The notes below the pieces were generated by a model. That model saw only the letters and a program-made list of their open reading frames with translations. It was not told the DNA's origin and did not search any database. Below, piece by piece: positions 38,561 through 47,982 of a DNA stretch of 64,000 bases (positions are counted from its first letter, which is position 1; the number at the start of each line of letters is the position of its first letter). Where the stretch lies: positions 40,922-104,921 of the forward strand of contig JAIELQ010000007.1 of the NCBI GenBank assembly GCA_019752815.1, read 5' to 3'. This DNA comes from Patescibacteria group bacterium (lineage in GTDB: Bacteria; Patescibacteriota; Minisyncoccia; Phycocordibacterales; UBA918). The translations under genes and the position numbers were made by a program.

Positions 38561-38626
38561 GTTGTCAGATCACAGAGCGAATAACAGAAGGGTTAATGGA
38601 CTACATTTGCTATACTAGTGGTACGT

Positions 38627-39847
38627 ATGGATACACTTCATGACTTTTTGCATTCGTTGATTAATCATATTGTTCCGCATGAGGGGAATGATTACCGCCC
38701 GCATTTATTGCAACGGGGAGCGATGATATTGATGCTGATTTTGATTTTATTGTCATTTTTGGCGGCTAATTTCCAGGCGCTGTTGTGGCAATCGTCTGAT
38801 TGGTTGGTGGGAGCAGTGTTGCCGGCAGTCGTGGTTGATCTGACCAATACCGAGCGGGCAGATTTATCGTTGCCAAAATTAACCCGTAATCCGGTGCTCG
38901 ATGAGGCGGCCACGTTAAAGGCACAAGACATGGCCCGCAATAGCTATTTCTCACACGACAGTCCGACGGGAGTGACACCGTGGCACTGGTTTAAAGAAGC
39001 GGGATACACATTTGCCCATGCGGGTGAAAATTTGGCGGTGTATTTTAGTGATTCGAGTGAAGTGGTTGAAGCCTGGATGAATTCGCCAACCCACCGGGCC
39101 AATATTGTGGGGAGTCAGTATCGAGAAATTGGTGTAGGGGTAGCTCGTGGCACCTATGATGGGTTTGATACCGTGTTTGTGGTGCAAATGTTTGGTACGC
39201 CAGCCGCTATGCCAGTAGCTCGTGAGGTGGTAGCTGAAACTCCTCCTACCGTGATTACCGTTCCCGTTCCGCTCGCTATTGCGACTGAACAAACAAATTT
39301 GGCTACTGTAGAAACCGAAAGCTCTCCAACAGAGCCGTTAGTTGCCGGACAAACAAGTGATATACCAGAGCTAGATATGGTGGTTGTAAAAAACGTATCA
39401 GAAACTGAGACGGTGGCTGCTCAAACTGCCGCTGCAACTGAACCAATGGCAGTAGATGAATCAATTACCCAAATGAATACTGCTACTACGCCGGCGGCCT
39501 TTGCCGAAGAGGCCAAGACGGTGATGGGTGCGGCAGAAGCCATTAGTTTGTATTCAGGAATGGCTGCATCTTCGAGTAATCTCACTCCAGCGCCGTACAC
39601 CACTGTTGATTTAGAAGCTGAAGCCGCTCCAAAGGTAGCGGTCCTCGCCACCGAACCAAGTAAGCTGCTGCAGCTCATTTATCTAGTGCTGGGAGGGATC
39701 ACAGCGTTTGTACTACTGTTGTCCGTGATGCTCGAGTGGCGACATCATCGACCGATCCAGACTGCCTACGGTATTGTATTGCTTATGATTATGGCCGGAT
39801 TGTTCTATGTGCACACCACAATTGTGGCCGGTGCGATTATTCAGTAG
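38627..39847 (+). CDS. CAP (SCP-like) domain membrane protein
   Basis: KAQDMARNSYFSH, GENLA, WMNSPTHRANI, EIGVG. TM helices at both ends. Confidence 0.9.
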   Translation: MDTLHDFLHSLINHIVPHEGNDYRPHLLQRGAMILMLILILLSFLAANFQALLWQSSDWLVGAVLPAVVVDLTNTERADLSLPKLTRNPVLDEAATLKAQDMARNSYFSHDSPTGVTPWHWFKEAGYTFAHAGENLAVYFSDSSEVVEAWMNSPTHRANIVGSQYREIGVGVARGTYDGFDTVFVVQMFGTPAAMPVAREVVAETPPTVITVPVPLAIATEQTNLATVETESSPTEPLVAGQTSDIPELDMVVVKNVSETETVAAQTAAATEPMAVDESITQMNTATTPAAFAEEAKTVMGAAEAISLYSGMAASSSNLTPAPYTTVDLEAEAAPKVAVLATEPSKLLQLIYLVLGGITAFVLLLSVMLEWRHHRPIQTAYGIVLLMIMAGLFYVHTTIVAGAIIQ

Positions 39848-39853
39848 TTGAGT

Positions 39854-40294
39854 ATGGCACAAACAAGTATTACGACAATTTATAAAAGTGACACCAGTAA
39901 CACGGGAGCGACCCTCACTCCTTTGTATACCTCTGCGCCAGCAGCGGGCTTTCCGGCACCGGGGGATGATATGGTAGAAAAGTCACTGAATGTTCATGAG
40001 TATCTGGTAAAACATCCGGTATCGACGTTTTTTGTCCGGGTGGAAGGAGATTCGATGGAAGGGGCGGGGATTTTCTCGGGTGATATTTTAGTGGTTGATA
40101 GAAGTGTGGAGGCAAAAGCCGGTCGCATCGTGGTAGCTGCCGTTGGCGGTGGGTTGGTGGTTAAACGCCTCGCCCTGCTCGCGGGGAATATGGTTCTCAT
40201 GTCTGAAAATGAAGCCTATGCACCAATAACAGTGACAGGGGATGAGGAGTGTTTTGTGTGGGGTGTAGTAACCGGCAGCGTCCGCCACTTCTAG
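39854..40294 (+). CDS. umuD: UmuD-like S24 autopeptidase (DNA polymerase V subunit)
   Basis: AAGFPAP cleavage site, GDSM catalytic Ser, VVKRL catalytic Lys, no HTH. Confidence 0.85.
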   Translation: MAQTSITTIYKSDTSNTGATLTPLYTSAPAAGFPAPGDDMVEKSLNVHEYLVKHPVSTFFVRVEGDSMEGAGIFSGDILVVDRSVEAKAGRIVVAAVGGGLVVKRLALLAGNMVLMSENEAYAPITVTGDEECFVWGVVTGSVRHF

Positions 40295-40419
40295 GAGAAT
40301 CCGAAAAACTACCTCATCTACTGCGTTGCCTGCGTCGGAAAATTTCTCACCGTATATTGAATACGGCTCGCAATTTTTCTCCTTGTCGCCTTGTATCTAA
40401 GGCAGTTTATCGAATTCTC
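40295..40419 (+). repeat. Family E palindromic element, copy E5
   Basis: Directly after the TAG. Core CGTTG...TCAcCGTAT-attga-ATACGgCTC...GCCTTG, with a compensatory change in the core stem. Confidence 0.8.
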
Positions 40420-40509
40420 TAATCCAATCACTCTGTTTTTGAAGTTTTCCACCTCCTTACGGATTCTAATTAAAAAAACAGGCGCCCAAGTTATTGGACG
40501 CCTTTTCGT

Positions 40510-40704
40510 TTATTCGCCGTCGCCGGTCGCCGGTCGACCAAAATCTTTTGTGTCAATCTGGTCTGGATTGTACGTAATGACTGCATCTGCAGTATTTGCA
40601 ACTGGAGCTGGGTTGAAGATTGGGTCATACGGCTTTGTGGCCGGCTGACGTTCATAAGCGGGCATATTGTGTTCGAGAACACGGTCTACCGGGTCACGGG
40701 CCAT
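40510..40704 (-). CDS. Small hypothetical protein (64 aa)
   Basis: Strong AAGGAGG SD before ATG (MARDPVDRV...) and a hairpin downstream. Confidence 0.55.
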   Translation of the reverse strand: MARDPVDRVLEHNMPAYERQPATKPYDPIFNPAPVANTADAVITYNPDQIDTKDFGRPATGDGE

Positions 40705-40920
40705 GGTGTTTCCTCCTTCTGACTGTCCCACGATTGTAACTACATCAGTCAATAAAAAGTAACCGCCCGACACATGAGACGGTAGAGGGGTGGTCCCTAT
40801 AGTCAAGGATTTATTTTTTGGTGATTGGCGATATTTCCCGTATGATGAGTAGAGTAATCATGACAGAGTATCCGCAGATTATATAGGTAAGAAAAGGCCG
40901 TTTAAGTCGTCTTAAAAATT

Positions 40921-42162
40921 ATGACAACCACTACAATAATCTATCCAAAAACGCTTATTAATTCATGTGTTACGAGCATCATTCTGGCGAGTCTGTTATT
41001 GTCAGCCTACCCAGCTTCTGCTGCGACCAGTAGATCATCGTCAAATGATGATTTTAAGGGTGAAGTGGCGGGTTGGATTCCGTGGTGGCAAGATACCGCG
41101 GGTCTCAAAAGCGCTACTAAAAACATTAAAAAAATTGATACCGTCTACCCGTTTGCCTTTGAAGTGGATGCTTACGGAAATATTACGGACAAAGCTGGCT
41201 TAAACGAAAAACAATGGCGTGATTTTATCAAGCTAGCCAAGAAAAATAAGGTTGAAATCATTCCGTCCGTGGCTTGGTTTGATGGTGATCAAATTGGCGC
41301 GATGTTGAGTGACCGCAACCGTCGCGAGGTGCATATAAATCAAATCGTAAATATCGTTAAAAAAGGGAAGTATGATGGCATTAATATCGACTACGAGGGA
41401 AAGAACGCTGAAAATATTAATGATTTCTCGAGATTCCTCGAAGAATTAAATAAAGCGCTCGGTAGTAAACTCCTCACCTGTGCGATTGAAGCCCGAACTC
41501 CAGCTGTAGATCTATACAAGGTAGTGCCTAATCCCCTCACGTACGCCAACGACTACAAAGAAATCGCGAAACATTGTGACCGGATTGAACTGATGACGTA
41601 CGACCAGCAACGGGCGGACCTGACCCTAAACGCCAAACGAGCCGGTTTGCCGTATACACCAGTAGCTGACAAAGAATGGGTAGAGAAGGTAATTAAGCTA
41701 GCCTTGGAAGATTTTCCTGAAGATAAAGTAATGGTCGGAGTAGCCACCTACGGACGCGCCTGGGACGTTACCGTGGCTCCTGGATGGTATCGTGACTATG
41801 TGCGTGTTGCTACCCTAAACGAACCACGTATTCTTGAGTTATCAAAAGAAATCTACAAAACACCAATTGGGTACAGTACGGGTGGCGAAGCGGTGATGAG
41901 TTACTTCCCTGAAGATTCACCATACAAAGTTCTCACCGCCCTCCCAGTCCCTAACGGAACGCCAAAGGGATATGAAAATGCCGCCCGCGCTCTGTTGTTT
42001 GCTGATTTAGCCAAGACCGAGGTAAAAGTACGATTTATTACGTACAACGATGCCGTTTCAGCCAAAGACAAGTTGGAACTGATTGAGAAATATGATTTGC
42101 GCGGTGTAGCCTTCTTCAAAATTGATGGTGAAGAAGATCCAGATATTTGGAAGTTGTTTTAA
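40921..42162 (+). CDS. Secreted glycoside hydrolase family 18
   Basis: YDGINIDYE (DxxDxDxE-like), [22 protein letters not shown]. Signal peptide. Confidence 0.9.
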   Translation: MTTTTIIYPKTLINSCVTSIILASLLLSAYPASAATSRSSSNDDFKGEVAGWIPWWQDTAGLKSATKNIKKIDTVYPFAFEVDAYGNITDKAGLNEKQWRDFIKLAKKNKVEIIPSVAWFDGDQIGAMLSDRNRREVHINQIVNIVKKGKYDGINIDYEGKNAENINDFSRFLEELNKALGSKLLTCAIEARTPAVDLYKVVPNPLTYANDYKEIAKHCDRIELMTYDQQRADLTLNAKRAGLPYTPVADKEWVEKVIKLALEDFPEDKVMVGVATYGRAWDVTVAPGWYRDYVRVATLNEPRILELSKEIYKTPIGYSTGGEAVMSYFPEDSPYKVLTALPVPNGTPKGYENAARALLFADLAKTEVKVRFITYNDAVSAKDKLELIEKYDLRGVAFFKIDGEEDPDIWKLF

Positions 42163-42180
42163 GAAGTTAATCAACATATC

Positions 42181-42216
42181 AAAAAAGCCTTAAGGATTTA
42201 ATCCTTAAGGCTTTTT
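42181..42216. terminator. Intrinsic terminator
   Basis: aaaaagccttaaggat-tta-atccttaaggcttttt. Confidence 0.75.
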
Positions 42217-42258
42217 GTCACCATTGGATATACTCAATGCTATAATTGAAATATTATT

Positions 42259-42984
42259 ATGACACATGAGGATATTTCCACGGAGGCATATGAATGGGTT
42301 AAGGATAATCCAGCAGTCCTGATTGAGGCTATTGCTGGTAGGTATAAAGATTTAGAAGAGGGTCGTGTAGCAGTTTTTATGGCTGGTGCACCAGGCGCTG
42401 GAAAGACCGAATTTTCACGATGTCTTATTCGAGACACGTTCGGTCCAGACACAACACTAATCGTAAGAATTGACCCGGATGAAATTAGGATGCTAATCCC
42501 TACATATATAAAAGGTAAAGCAGAGTTGTTTAATCGAGCAACTACAAAAGGGGTTGAGATACTAGTTGATCATTGCTATGACAGAAATTTAGATAAAAGT
42601 TTCTTGTTGGATGGCACATTAAGTAACTGTGAAGTTGCAAGAAGAAATATCGAAAGAGCTTTAGATCGGGGTAGAAAAGTACTAATCTATTTTGTGTATA
42701 AAGATCCGGTAGTTGCGTGGGATTTTACTCAAAAGAGAGAGAAAATCGAAGGACGTAATATTCCTAAAGAGAGTTTTATTAATCAGTATTTCGGTTCAAT
42801 TGAGACTATTAATCAATTAAAAAAAGAATATGGAAACAGAATACAAATCGATTTAGTGCAGCTTGCTGTGCCAAATTTACAAAAGCCTCTTATTACTGAC
42901 TATAAATTTGAGTTCAATATTAGCAGTGTTGACGGGTATTTAAATACAAGGTATTCTAAAGATACATTAAGTGAACTGCTATGA
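42259..42984 (+). CDS. Zeta-toxin-like P-loop kinase
   Basis: FMAGAPGAGKT Walker A, IDPDEIR, LDGT, RE..EGRNIP. AT-rich. Confidence 0.75.
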   Translation: MTHEDISTEAYEWVKDNPAVLIEAIAGRYKDLEEGRVAVFMAGAPGAGKTEFSRCLIRDTFGPDTTLIVRIDPDEIRMLIPTYIKGKAELFNRATTKGVEILVDHCYDRNLDKSFLLDGTLSNCEVARRNIERALDRGRKVLIYFVYKDPVVAWDFTQKREKIEGRNIPKESFINQYFGSIETINQLKKEYGNRIQIDLVQLAVPNLQKPLITDYKFEFNISSVDGYLNTRYSKDTLSELL

Positions 42985-43175
42985 AGTATATCCTTAAATT
43001 TCTTGGAAGAGAGGGAAAAAAACGTTCGGGTATTAAAAGCCCCGTCTACGTCTTTTTTGCAGAAGCGGACGCAACTGTAAAAACAAAAGCCTATAGAAAA
43101 GCACTTCGAAGTGCTTCAGAAGATCAAATGTCTATTTTATCAAAGTATGATAAAGAGTTTGCACAGATGAATTAA
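42981..43175 (+). CDS. Small protein coupled to the zeta-like gene (possible partner or antitoxin)
   Basis: ATGA overlap, 64 aa, followed by terminator 43174-43198. Confidence 0.6.
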   Translation: MKYILKFLGREGKKRSGIKSPVYVFFAEADATVKTKAYRKALRSASEDQMSILSKYDKEFAQMN

Positions 43176-43261
43176 AAATCCCTTGAAAGGGATTTTTTAC
43201 TACGATGCCTTTTGTGGCCGAATAGGGATGACTGCACAATTGTGTATTGTATACTGATTCT

Positions 43262-44515
43262 ATGAACTACATTGGGGTGATTGATTGTAATAATTTTTTT
43301 GTGTCGTGTGAGCGGCTATTTCGGCCGGATTTGGTGGGGAAACCGGTGGTCGTTTTGTCATCAAATGATGGGTGTGTGGTAGCGCGCTCGCAAGAAGTAA
43401 AGGACATGGGGGTCCCGATGGGGGTACCTATCTTTCAGATAAAAGACATGATAAAGGACAAAGGAATTATAACGTTTTCTTCACACTTTGCGCTGTATCG
43501 CGATATTTCCAGTCGGGTTTTTACCGTGGTTAAAACACTTCTGCCCACGCGCGAGATATACTCAATTGATGAAGCGTTCTTTACTATAAGCGCACATTCT
43601 AAAGCGGAGTTAGAGGCGACGTTACGCGCCATGAAAATTGAGATTGAACGGCAGGTGGGTATCCCGGTATCCTTGGCGGTGGCGGCTACCAAAACTCAGG
43701 CTAAATATGCCAATCGGCTGGCGAAGAAATCAGGTGGTGTGACTGTCCTTGATCCGGCAGATTGGGAGGCGCTTACGCCCATGATACCGCTACAGAATAT
43801 TTGGGGAGTGGGCGGGAAGTTGGAGATGCGGTATAAAAACGCCGGACTAGTAACCGTAGCTGATTTGATTGCGTGTCCCAAATCGCGGATTGCCAGTATG
43901 TTTGGGATTGTGGGGGTGCGGCTGCAAGCTGAACTCGCCGGTATGCCGATGTATGCCGTATCGGAAGTGCATGCGCCGCAAAAAAGTATTATGAGTTCTC
44001 GGTCATTTGAAAAGAATGTGACCGAGATAGCGGTGGTAAAAGATGCGGTAGCGTACCACCTGCGCCAAGTGGTAGCCGAGCTACGTCATTTACGTCTCAA
44101 AACCAAGAATCTATCAATATTTTTAGGTACCAGTCGCCACGGTGATTATCTGCTACGTGGCGGTTCACTCGGGGTCGAAAACATGACGCCAACGGATGAC
44201 ATAGTTTTTTTACTGAAGCAGGCGTTTGCCCTGGTTGACAGGCTGTATGATGCGGAAGTGCCGTACAAAAAGGCCGGGGTCTACATCAGTGGTTTTAGTC
44301 CCAAAACGGTCATCCAGCAGTCGTTATTTACTGATACTGACGAAGTAACCTATAGCCCGATCAATGACCTTCTTGATGGTTTTAATGCGCGCTACGGGGC
44401 TGATATGGTAACGATCGGCACGCATACCAAAGAACGGAAATGGCAATCAAAATCAGAACAAAAATCTCCGGCCTATACGACGCGCTGGAGTGATCTCGCG
44501 GTGGTAAAGACATAA
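43262..44515 (+). CDS. umuC: Y-family DNA polymerase, UmuC-like
   Basis: IDCNNFFVSCE, VVVLSSNDGCVVARS, YSIDEAF, YKKAGV, C-terminal SPAYTTRWSDL. Confidence 0.92.
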   Translation: MNYIGVIDCNNFFVSCERLFRPDLVGKPVVVLSSNDGCVVARSQEVKDMGVPMGVPIFQIKDMIKDKGIITFSSHFALYRDISSRVFTVVKTLLPTREIYSIDEAFFTISAHSKAELEATLRAMKIEIERQVGIPVSLAVAATKTQAKYANRLAKKSGGVTVLDPADWEALTPMIPLQNIWGVGGKLEMRYKNAGLVTVADLIACPKSRIASMFGIVGVRLQAELAGMPMYAVSEVHAPQKSIMSSRSFEKNVTEIAVVKDAVAYHLRQVVAELRHLRLKTKNLSIFLGTSRHGDYLLRGGSLGVENMTPTDDIVFLLKQAFALVDRLYDAEVPYKKAGVYISGFSPKTVIQQSLFTDTDEVTYSPINDLLDGFNARYGADMVTIGTHTKERKWQSKSEQKSPAYTTRWSDLAVVKT

Positions 44516-44673
44516 CGAAATGTAGTAATCGACACGTGTACTTGATGTCTTGAAGTAGAAAAATGTTCAATGTCGAAACTAAAACTATATAAATAACCAT
44601 TTGCTATCGGTACTCACCTCAGGACAAAAAGGTTATACACACGGGGTACAGAGACAGGTATCAAGAACATTTA

Positions 44674-44800
44674 TATACTGTTGGTAGATCGATTGCATTA
44701 GGTGCGTACGTACAGGCTGAATTTTTTTCACTAAGTACATACAAGCCGCTCCACAAACATGCAGTCGAGAAGTGTTCATTGCAACGCAAGTTGTGACTAC
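44674..44800 (+). promoter_or_regulatory. -10 box plus structured 5' leader of the major surface protein gene
   Basis: TATACT at 44674; tcgattgcat/atgcagtcga stem (44689-44768); gcaac-GCAA-gttgt hairpin. Confidence 0.4.
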
Positions 44801-44831
44801 ACAAAGTTATTTAATAAAATAAAAAATAAAT

Positions 44832-45965
44832 ATGTTCAAACATTCAACTATTACTGTTGAATCTTTGCACCGAGTGGTCGCGATGCTCGTTGCAACAGCT
44901 GTATTGGCTATGTCGGTTGGGTTCTTCAATAATGCCCAAGCTGCTAACCTTGCAGTGATCAGCAACACTTTATCAGACTCAGATCGAAGTGCGCTCTCGA
45001 ATCATACGATTCAGTTCACGATTCCTACCAGTTCACCTGGTGTACTTGCTACACAAACAATCGTTGTGACATTCCCTACTGGATTCAACATGGGATCAGT
45101 TGCGTTCGGAGACATTGACTTCGCAATTAACGGCGTTGAACAAACTCTTGCAGCAACACAATCAGGTGCTACTTGGGGAGCTACCGTGTCAGGTCAAAAC
45201 CTCACACTTACCTCAGGTACTGGAGTTGTAACTGCTGGACAAGTAGTTCGGATTCGAGTTGGAACAAATGCGGTAACGGGAGGAACTGGTACAAACCGAG
45301 TCACCAATCCTGGTACAACAGACTCATATGAGTTTATAGTTACCGCGGGGGCTGCTGACTCAGGTCGCACTAGAGTCGCAATTCTCGATAACGTAGATGT
45401 TACTGCAATTGTAAATACATCATTCACATTTACTGTTGCCGGACTCGCTACATCAACTGCTGTAAACGGAACTTCAACTACAGGTTCAACTACAGCGACA
45501 GCTATTCCATTCGGAGTACTTACTGCCGGACAAATTAAAACAATGGCACAACGACTTAATGTCACTACAAACGCCCGAAACGGATTCGTAGTAACCGTTG
45601 AGCAAGATCAAAACTTGCAATCATCAACTGGTGCCGACATTGATGGATTTATTGACGGAGCCTACACAAATACTCCAACTTCATGGGTAGCTCCAACTAA
45701 CAACATTGGAAATGAAAACACCTGGGGTCACTGGGGTCTCACGTCTGATGACTCAGACCTAAACTCCAACGAGTTCGGTACAGCACTCTTCGTAGCTGCA
45801 AGTACCACACCACGCCAGATTTTCGCTCACAACGGACCGGCCGATGGTATCGCCAACGATATCGGTTCAACAACTGTAGGGTATCAAATCCAAATCAGTC
45901 CACTCCAGGAAGCGGGAGATGACTACAATACTGTACTTACCTACATCGCAACCCCTACATTTTAG
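44832..45965 (+). CDS. Secreted Thr/Gly-rich beta-protein with WxL-like C-terminus
   Basis: Signal peptide; VTTNARNGFVVTV...; ends GDDYNTVLTYIATPTF; lies upstream of a DUF916-like gene. Confidence 0.65.
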   Translation: MFKHSTITVESLHRVVAMLVATAVLAMSVGFFNNAQAANLAVISNTLSDSDRSALSNHTIQFTIPTSSPGVLATQTIVVTFPTGFNMGSVAFGDIDFAINGVEQTLAATQSGATWGATVSGQNLTLTSGTGVVTAGQVVRIRVGTNAVTGGTGTNRVTNPGTTDSYEFIVTAGAADSGRTRVAILDNVDVTAIVNTSFTFTVAGLATSTAVNGTSTTGSTTATAIPFGVLTAGQIKTMAQRLNVTTNARNGFVVTVEQDQNLQSSTGADIDGFIDGAYTNTPTSWVAPTNNIGNENTWGHWGLTSDDSDLNSNEFGTALFVAASTTPRQIFAHNGPADGIANDIGSTTVGYQIQISPLQEAGDDYNTVLTYIATPTF

Positions 45966-46085
45966 TTCCAAAATTCATTCATTAGCTTCGTTGCCCTCAG
46001 CATTTTAAATCCTCATCGTACAAGAAGTACGACTCGGATCTAAAAGCTTCAGTGCCTCGCTTCTAAATAAATTTGTGAAACTAAA
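45961..46085 (+). repeat. Family E palindromic element, copy E6
   Basis: Overlaps the TAG. Core CGTTG...ccTCAtCGTAC-aagaa-GTACGaCTCgg...GCCTCG. Confidence 0.8.
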
Positions 46086-46126
46086 ATACTATTCTTAAAA
46101 CGTATCATTAGAGTAGTTGGCACGCA

Positions 46127-46166
46127 CAAAACAACAAAACCTCCTCTATGGAGGTTTTGTTGTTTT
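46127..46166. terminator. Intrinsic terminator
   Basis: aaaacaacaaaacctcc-tctat-ggaggttttgttgtttt. Confidence 0.8.
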
Positions 46167-46256
46167 GTGCGTGAGGTGATGTTTCTGTTTATAAAATTAC
46201 GAAGGCCGATGATTTTAAATGCTATGATAGATTCATTAATCTTTAAGTTTGTTTGC

Positions 46257-47315
46257 ATGATTCGCACCCTTTTTACTGCTCTGTTGTTTGCTTTTGTTTT
46301 GTTGCCGTCCCTTTCATTTGCGCAAAGTGATGCTGGGATTGGTCTTAAGCCAGCGAACATTGCTGAAAATATGGAGCCGGGTGAAGTGCGTCAATTTACG
46401 GTGCTTGTAGAAAACGTCAGTGGTCAGGATCAAAATTATTATATCTTCAAGCGAGATATTTCTGGAGTGCGAGACGGAGGGGTGCCAATTTTTGCTGATA
46501 ATAATTTGGATACCGGTGGATTTGCGTTAAGTGATTGGATACAACTTGAATCAGACAGACTCGAAGTAAAAGCTGGTGAGGAACGTGCCATGTCATTTAT
46601 TATGTCAGTGCCGCAAGATGCATCACCGTGTGATCACTTTGGCGGGATTTTTGTCTCGGCTGAACCCCCAGAATTAGAAGCGAGTGGTGCTGCTATCGGC
46701 TACCAAGTTGCCAACATTGTTAGTATTAGAGTAGCGGGTGAGTGTATTGAAAAAGCCCAGATTAGACAATTCTCAACCGACAATTATTTCTACGGTTCTT
46801 CAAATGTAGATTTTAATCTTAAGTTTGAAAATAGTGGTAACACACTCTTGCGACCAACTGGTCCCCTGACCATCACCAACATGTTTGGAAAACAGGTTGC
46901 CAATTTGACCTTTAACGAAGAGCAGGCAGGAGTATTTCCAGGTGTGACACGTGAGTTCTTGTTTAGTTGGACGAGTGACCAAACCGGCTTTGGACGGTAT
47001 GAAGCGATGGTGAGCCCGAGTTATGGAGAGGAAGGTTTCAAGCAAACCGCCTTTAGTACCGCAACGTTCTGGATCCTGCCGATGAATATTATTCTGCCGG
47101 CCGCAGGAGTGTTAGCCGCACTGCTTTTGATTGCCTATATCAGTATTCGTGTGTATGTGAAGCGACAGCTGGCGTACTACGGAGCAACCTCAGGAACTCG
47201 AAAACTAGTTCGTCGACACACCAACAATAGTTCAACACCGCTCTTGTTAATTCTAGTAGTGATGGTGTCGGTGACGGCTTTGTTCCTGCTCATCCTCCTA
47301 GCCCTATTCGCCTAG
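46257..47315 (+). CDS. DUF916/DUF3324-like (WxL-interacting-type) membrane protein
   Basis: Signal peptide; LSDWI...VKAGEE...VPQDASP..HFGGI; FENSGNTLLRP.G; VFPG..R; C-terminal TMs. Confidence 0.72.
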   Translation: MIRTLFTALLFAFVLLPSLSFAQSDAGIGLKPANIAENMEPGEVRQFTVLVENVSGQDQNYYIFKRDISGVRDGGVPIFADNNLDTGGFALSDWIQLESDRLEVKAGEERAMSFIMSVPQDASPCDHFGGIFVSAEPPELEASGAAIGYQVANIVSIRVAGECIEKAQIRQFSTDNYFYGSSNVDFNLKFENSGNTLLRPTGPLTITNMFGKQVANLTFNEEQAGVFPGVTREFLFSWTSDQTGFGRYEAMVSPSYGEEGFKQTAFSTATFWILPMNIILPAAGVLAALLLIAYISIRVYVKRQLAYYGATSGTRKLVRRHTNNSSTPLLLILVVMVSVTALFLLILLALFA

Positions 47316-47437
47316 ACCTCCAGAAATGGCACATTGCGTTGTCGCTGCCGCGGTACTTTTTCTTCCGCCGTACAGCGGTACGTCTACAGGAAAAGTCCTT
47401 GCGACTCCTAGCACTGCACTCATTTCTGAAGGTCTAG
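47312..47437 (+). repeat. Family E palindromic element, copy E7
   Basis: ctagacctccagaaatg/catttctgaaggtctag IR containing the TAG stop. Core CCGcCGTAC-agcg-GTACGtCT. Confidence 0.9.
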
Positions 47438-47491
47438 TTTGGGTGAATTAACCTGAGTAAGTTACTTATGAAAGATGTATAATACATATAT

Positions 47492-47917
47492 ATGATGGAA
47501 TTTACTTTGTATCACAAATTGTTGCGCGTAAGTTCGGTAGTGTTGGCCGTGGCTCTGTTATTTCAGGCCGGGCTCGTTTCTACTACTACGGCTATCATGG
47601 CTTCGCAGACCCAGTCGTACCTCGCTAATGCTGTTGGAGTATTTGTAGGTGTCGAACCAACAGAATTAAATACTATTACTGCGGGACTCACCGAGCAAAA
47701 GTTGGCGCTTGATGCACGAGAGAATGAATTACGTCAGCGGGAAATTGCCGTTGGGATTGACCAAGGTGGAGCCACGCGTGATATGACAACCTTTGTCATG
47801 GGGCTGGTGTTATTCATTGTGGTATTACTTCTTGTTCTCAATTACTCCCTTGATTATTTGCGGTATCGTGAAATGAAAATGAGGCAGGTTGCGGGTCAGA
47901 CAATGGTGCGAGGATAG
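47492..47917 (+). CDS. Hypothetical membrane protein with short coiled coil
   Basis: Two hydrophobic segments around LTEQKLALDARENELRQRE. TATAAT promoter just upstream. Confidence 0.75.
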   Translation: MMEFTLYHKLLRVSSVVLAVALLFQAGLVSTTTAIMASQTQSYLANAVGVFVGVEPTELNTITAGLTEQKLALDARENELRQREIAVGIDQGGATRDMTTFVMGLVLFIVVLLLVLNYSLDYLRYREMKMRQVAGQTMVRG

Positions 47918-47982
47918 GCTGGTTTTAATGGCGGGAAAGTGGTTAGTTATGTGCGGATATGGTACCGTACGGCTGTATTAAT

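Noticed and set aside
44633-44641. DnaA box TTATACACA, possible origin
   Set aside because: It is an isolated box with no cluster, DUE or dnaA nearby.
3016-47437. Canonical integron cassette array or CRISPR array
   Set aside because: There are no RYYYAAC/GTTRRRY boxes, no integrase or cas genes, and no regular repeat-spacer periodicity. The elements also follow core genes.
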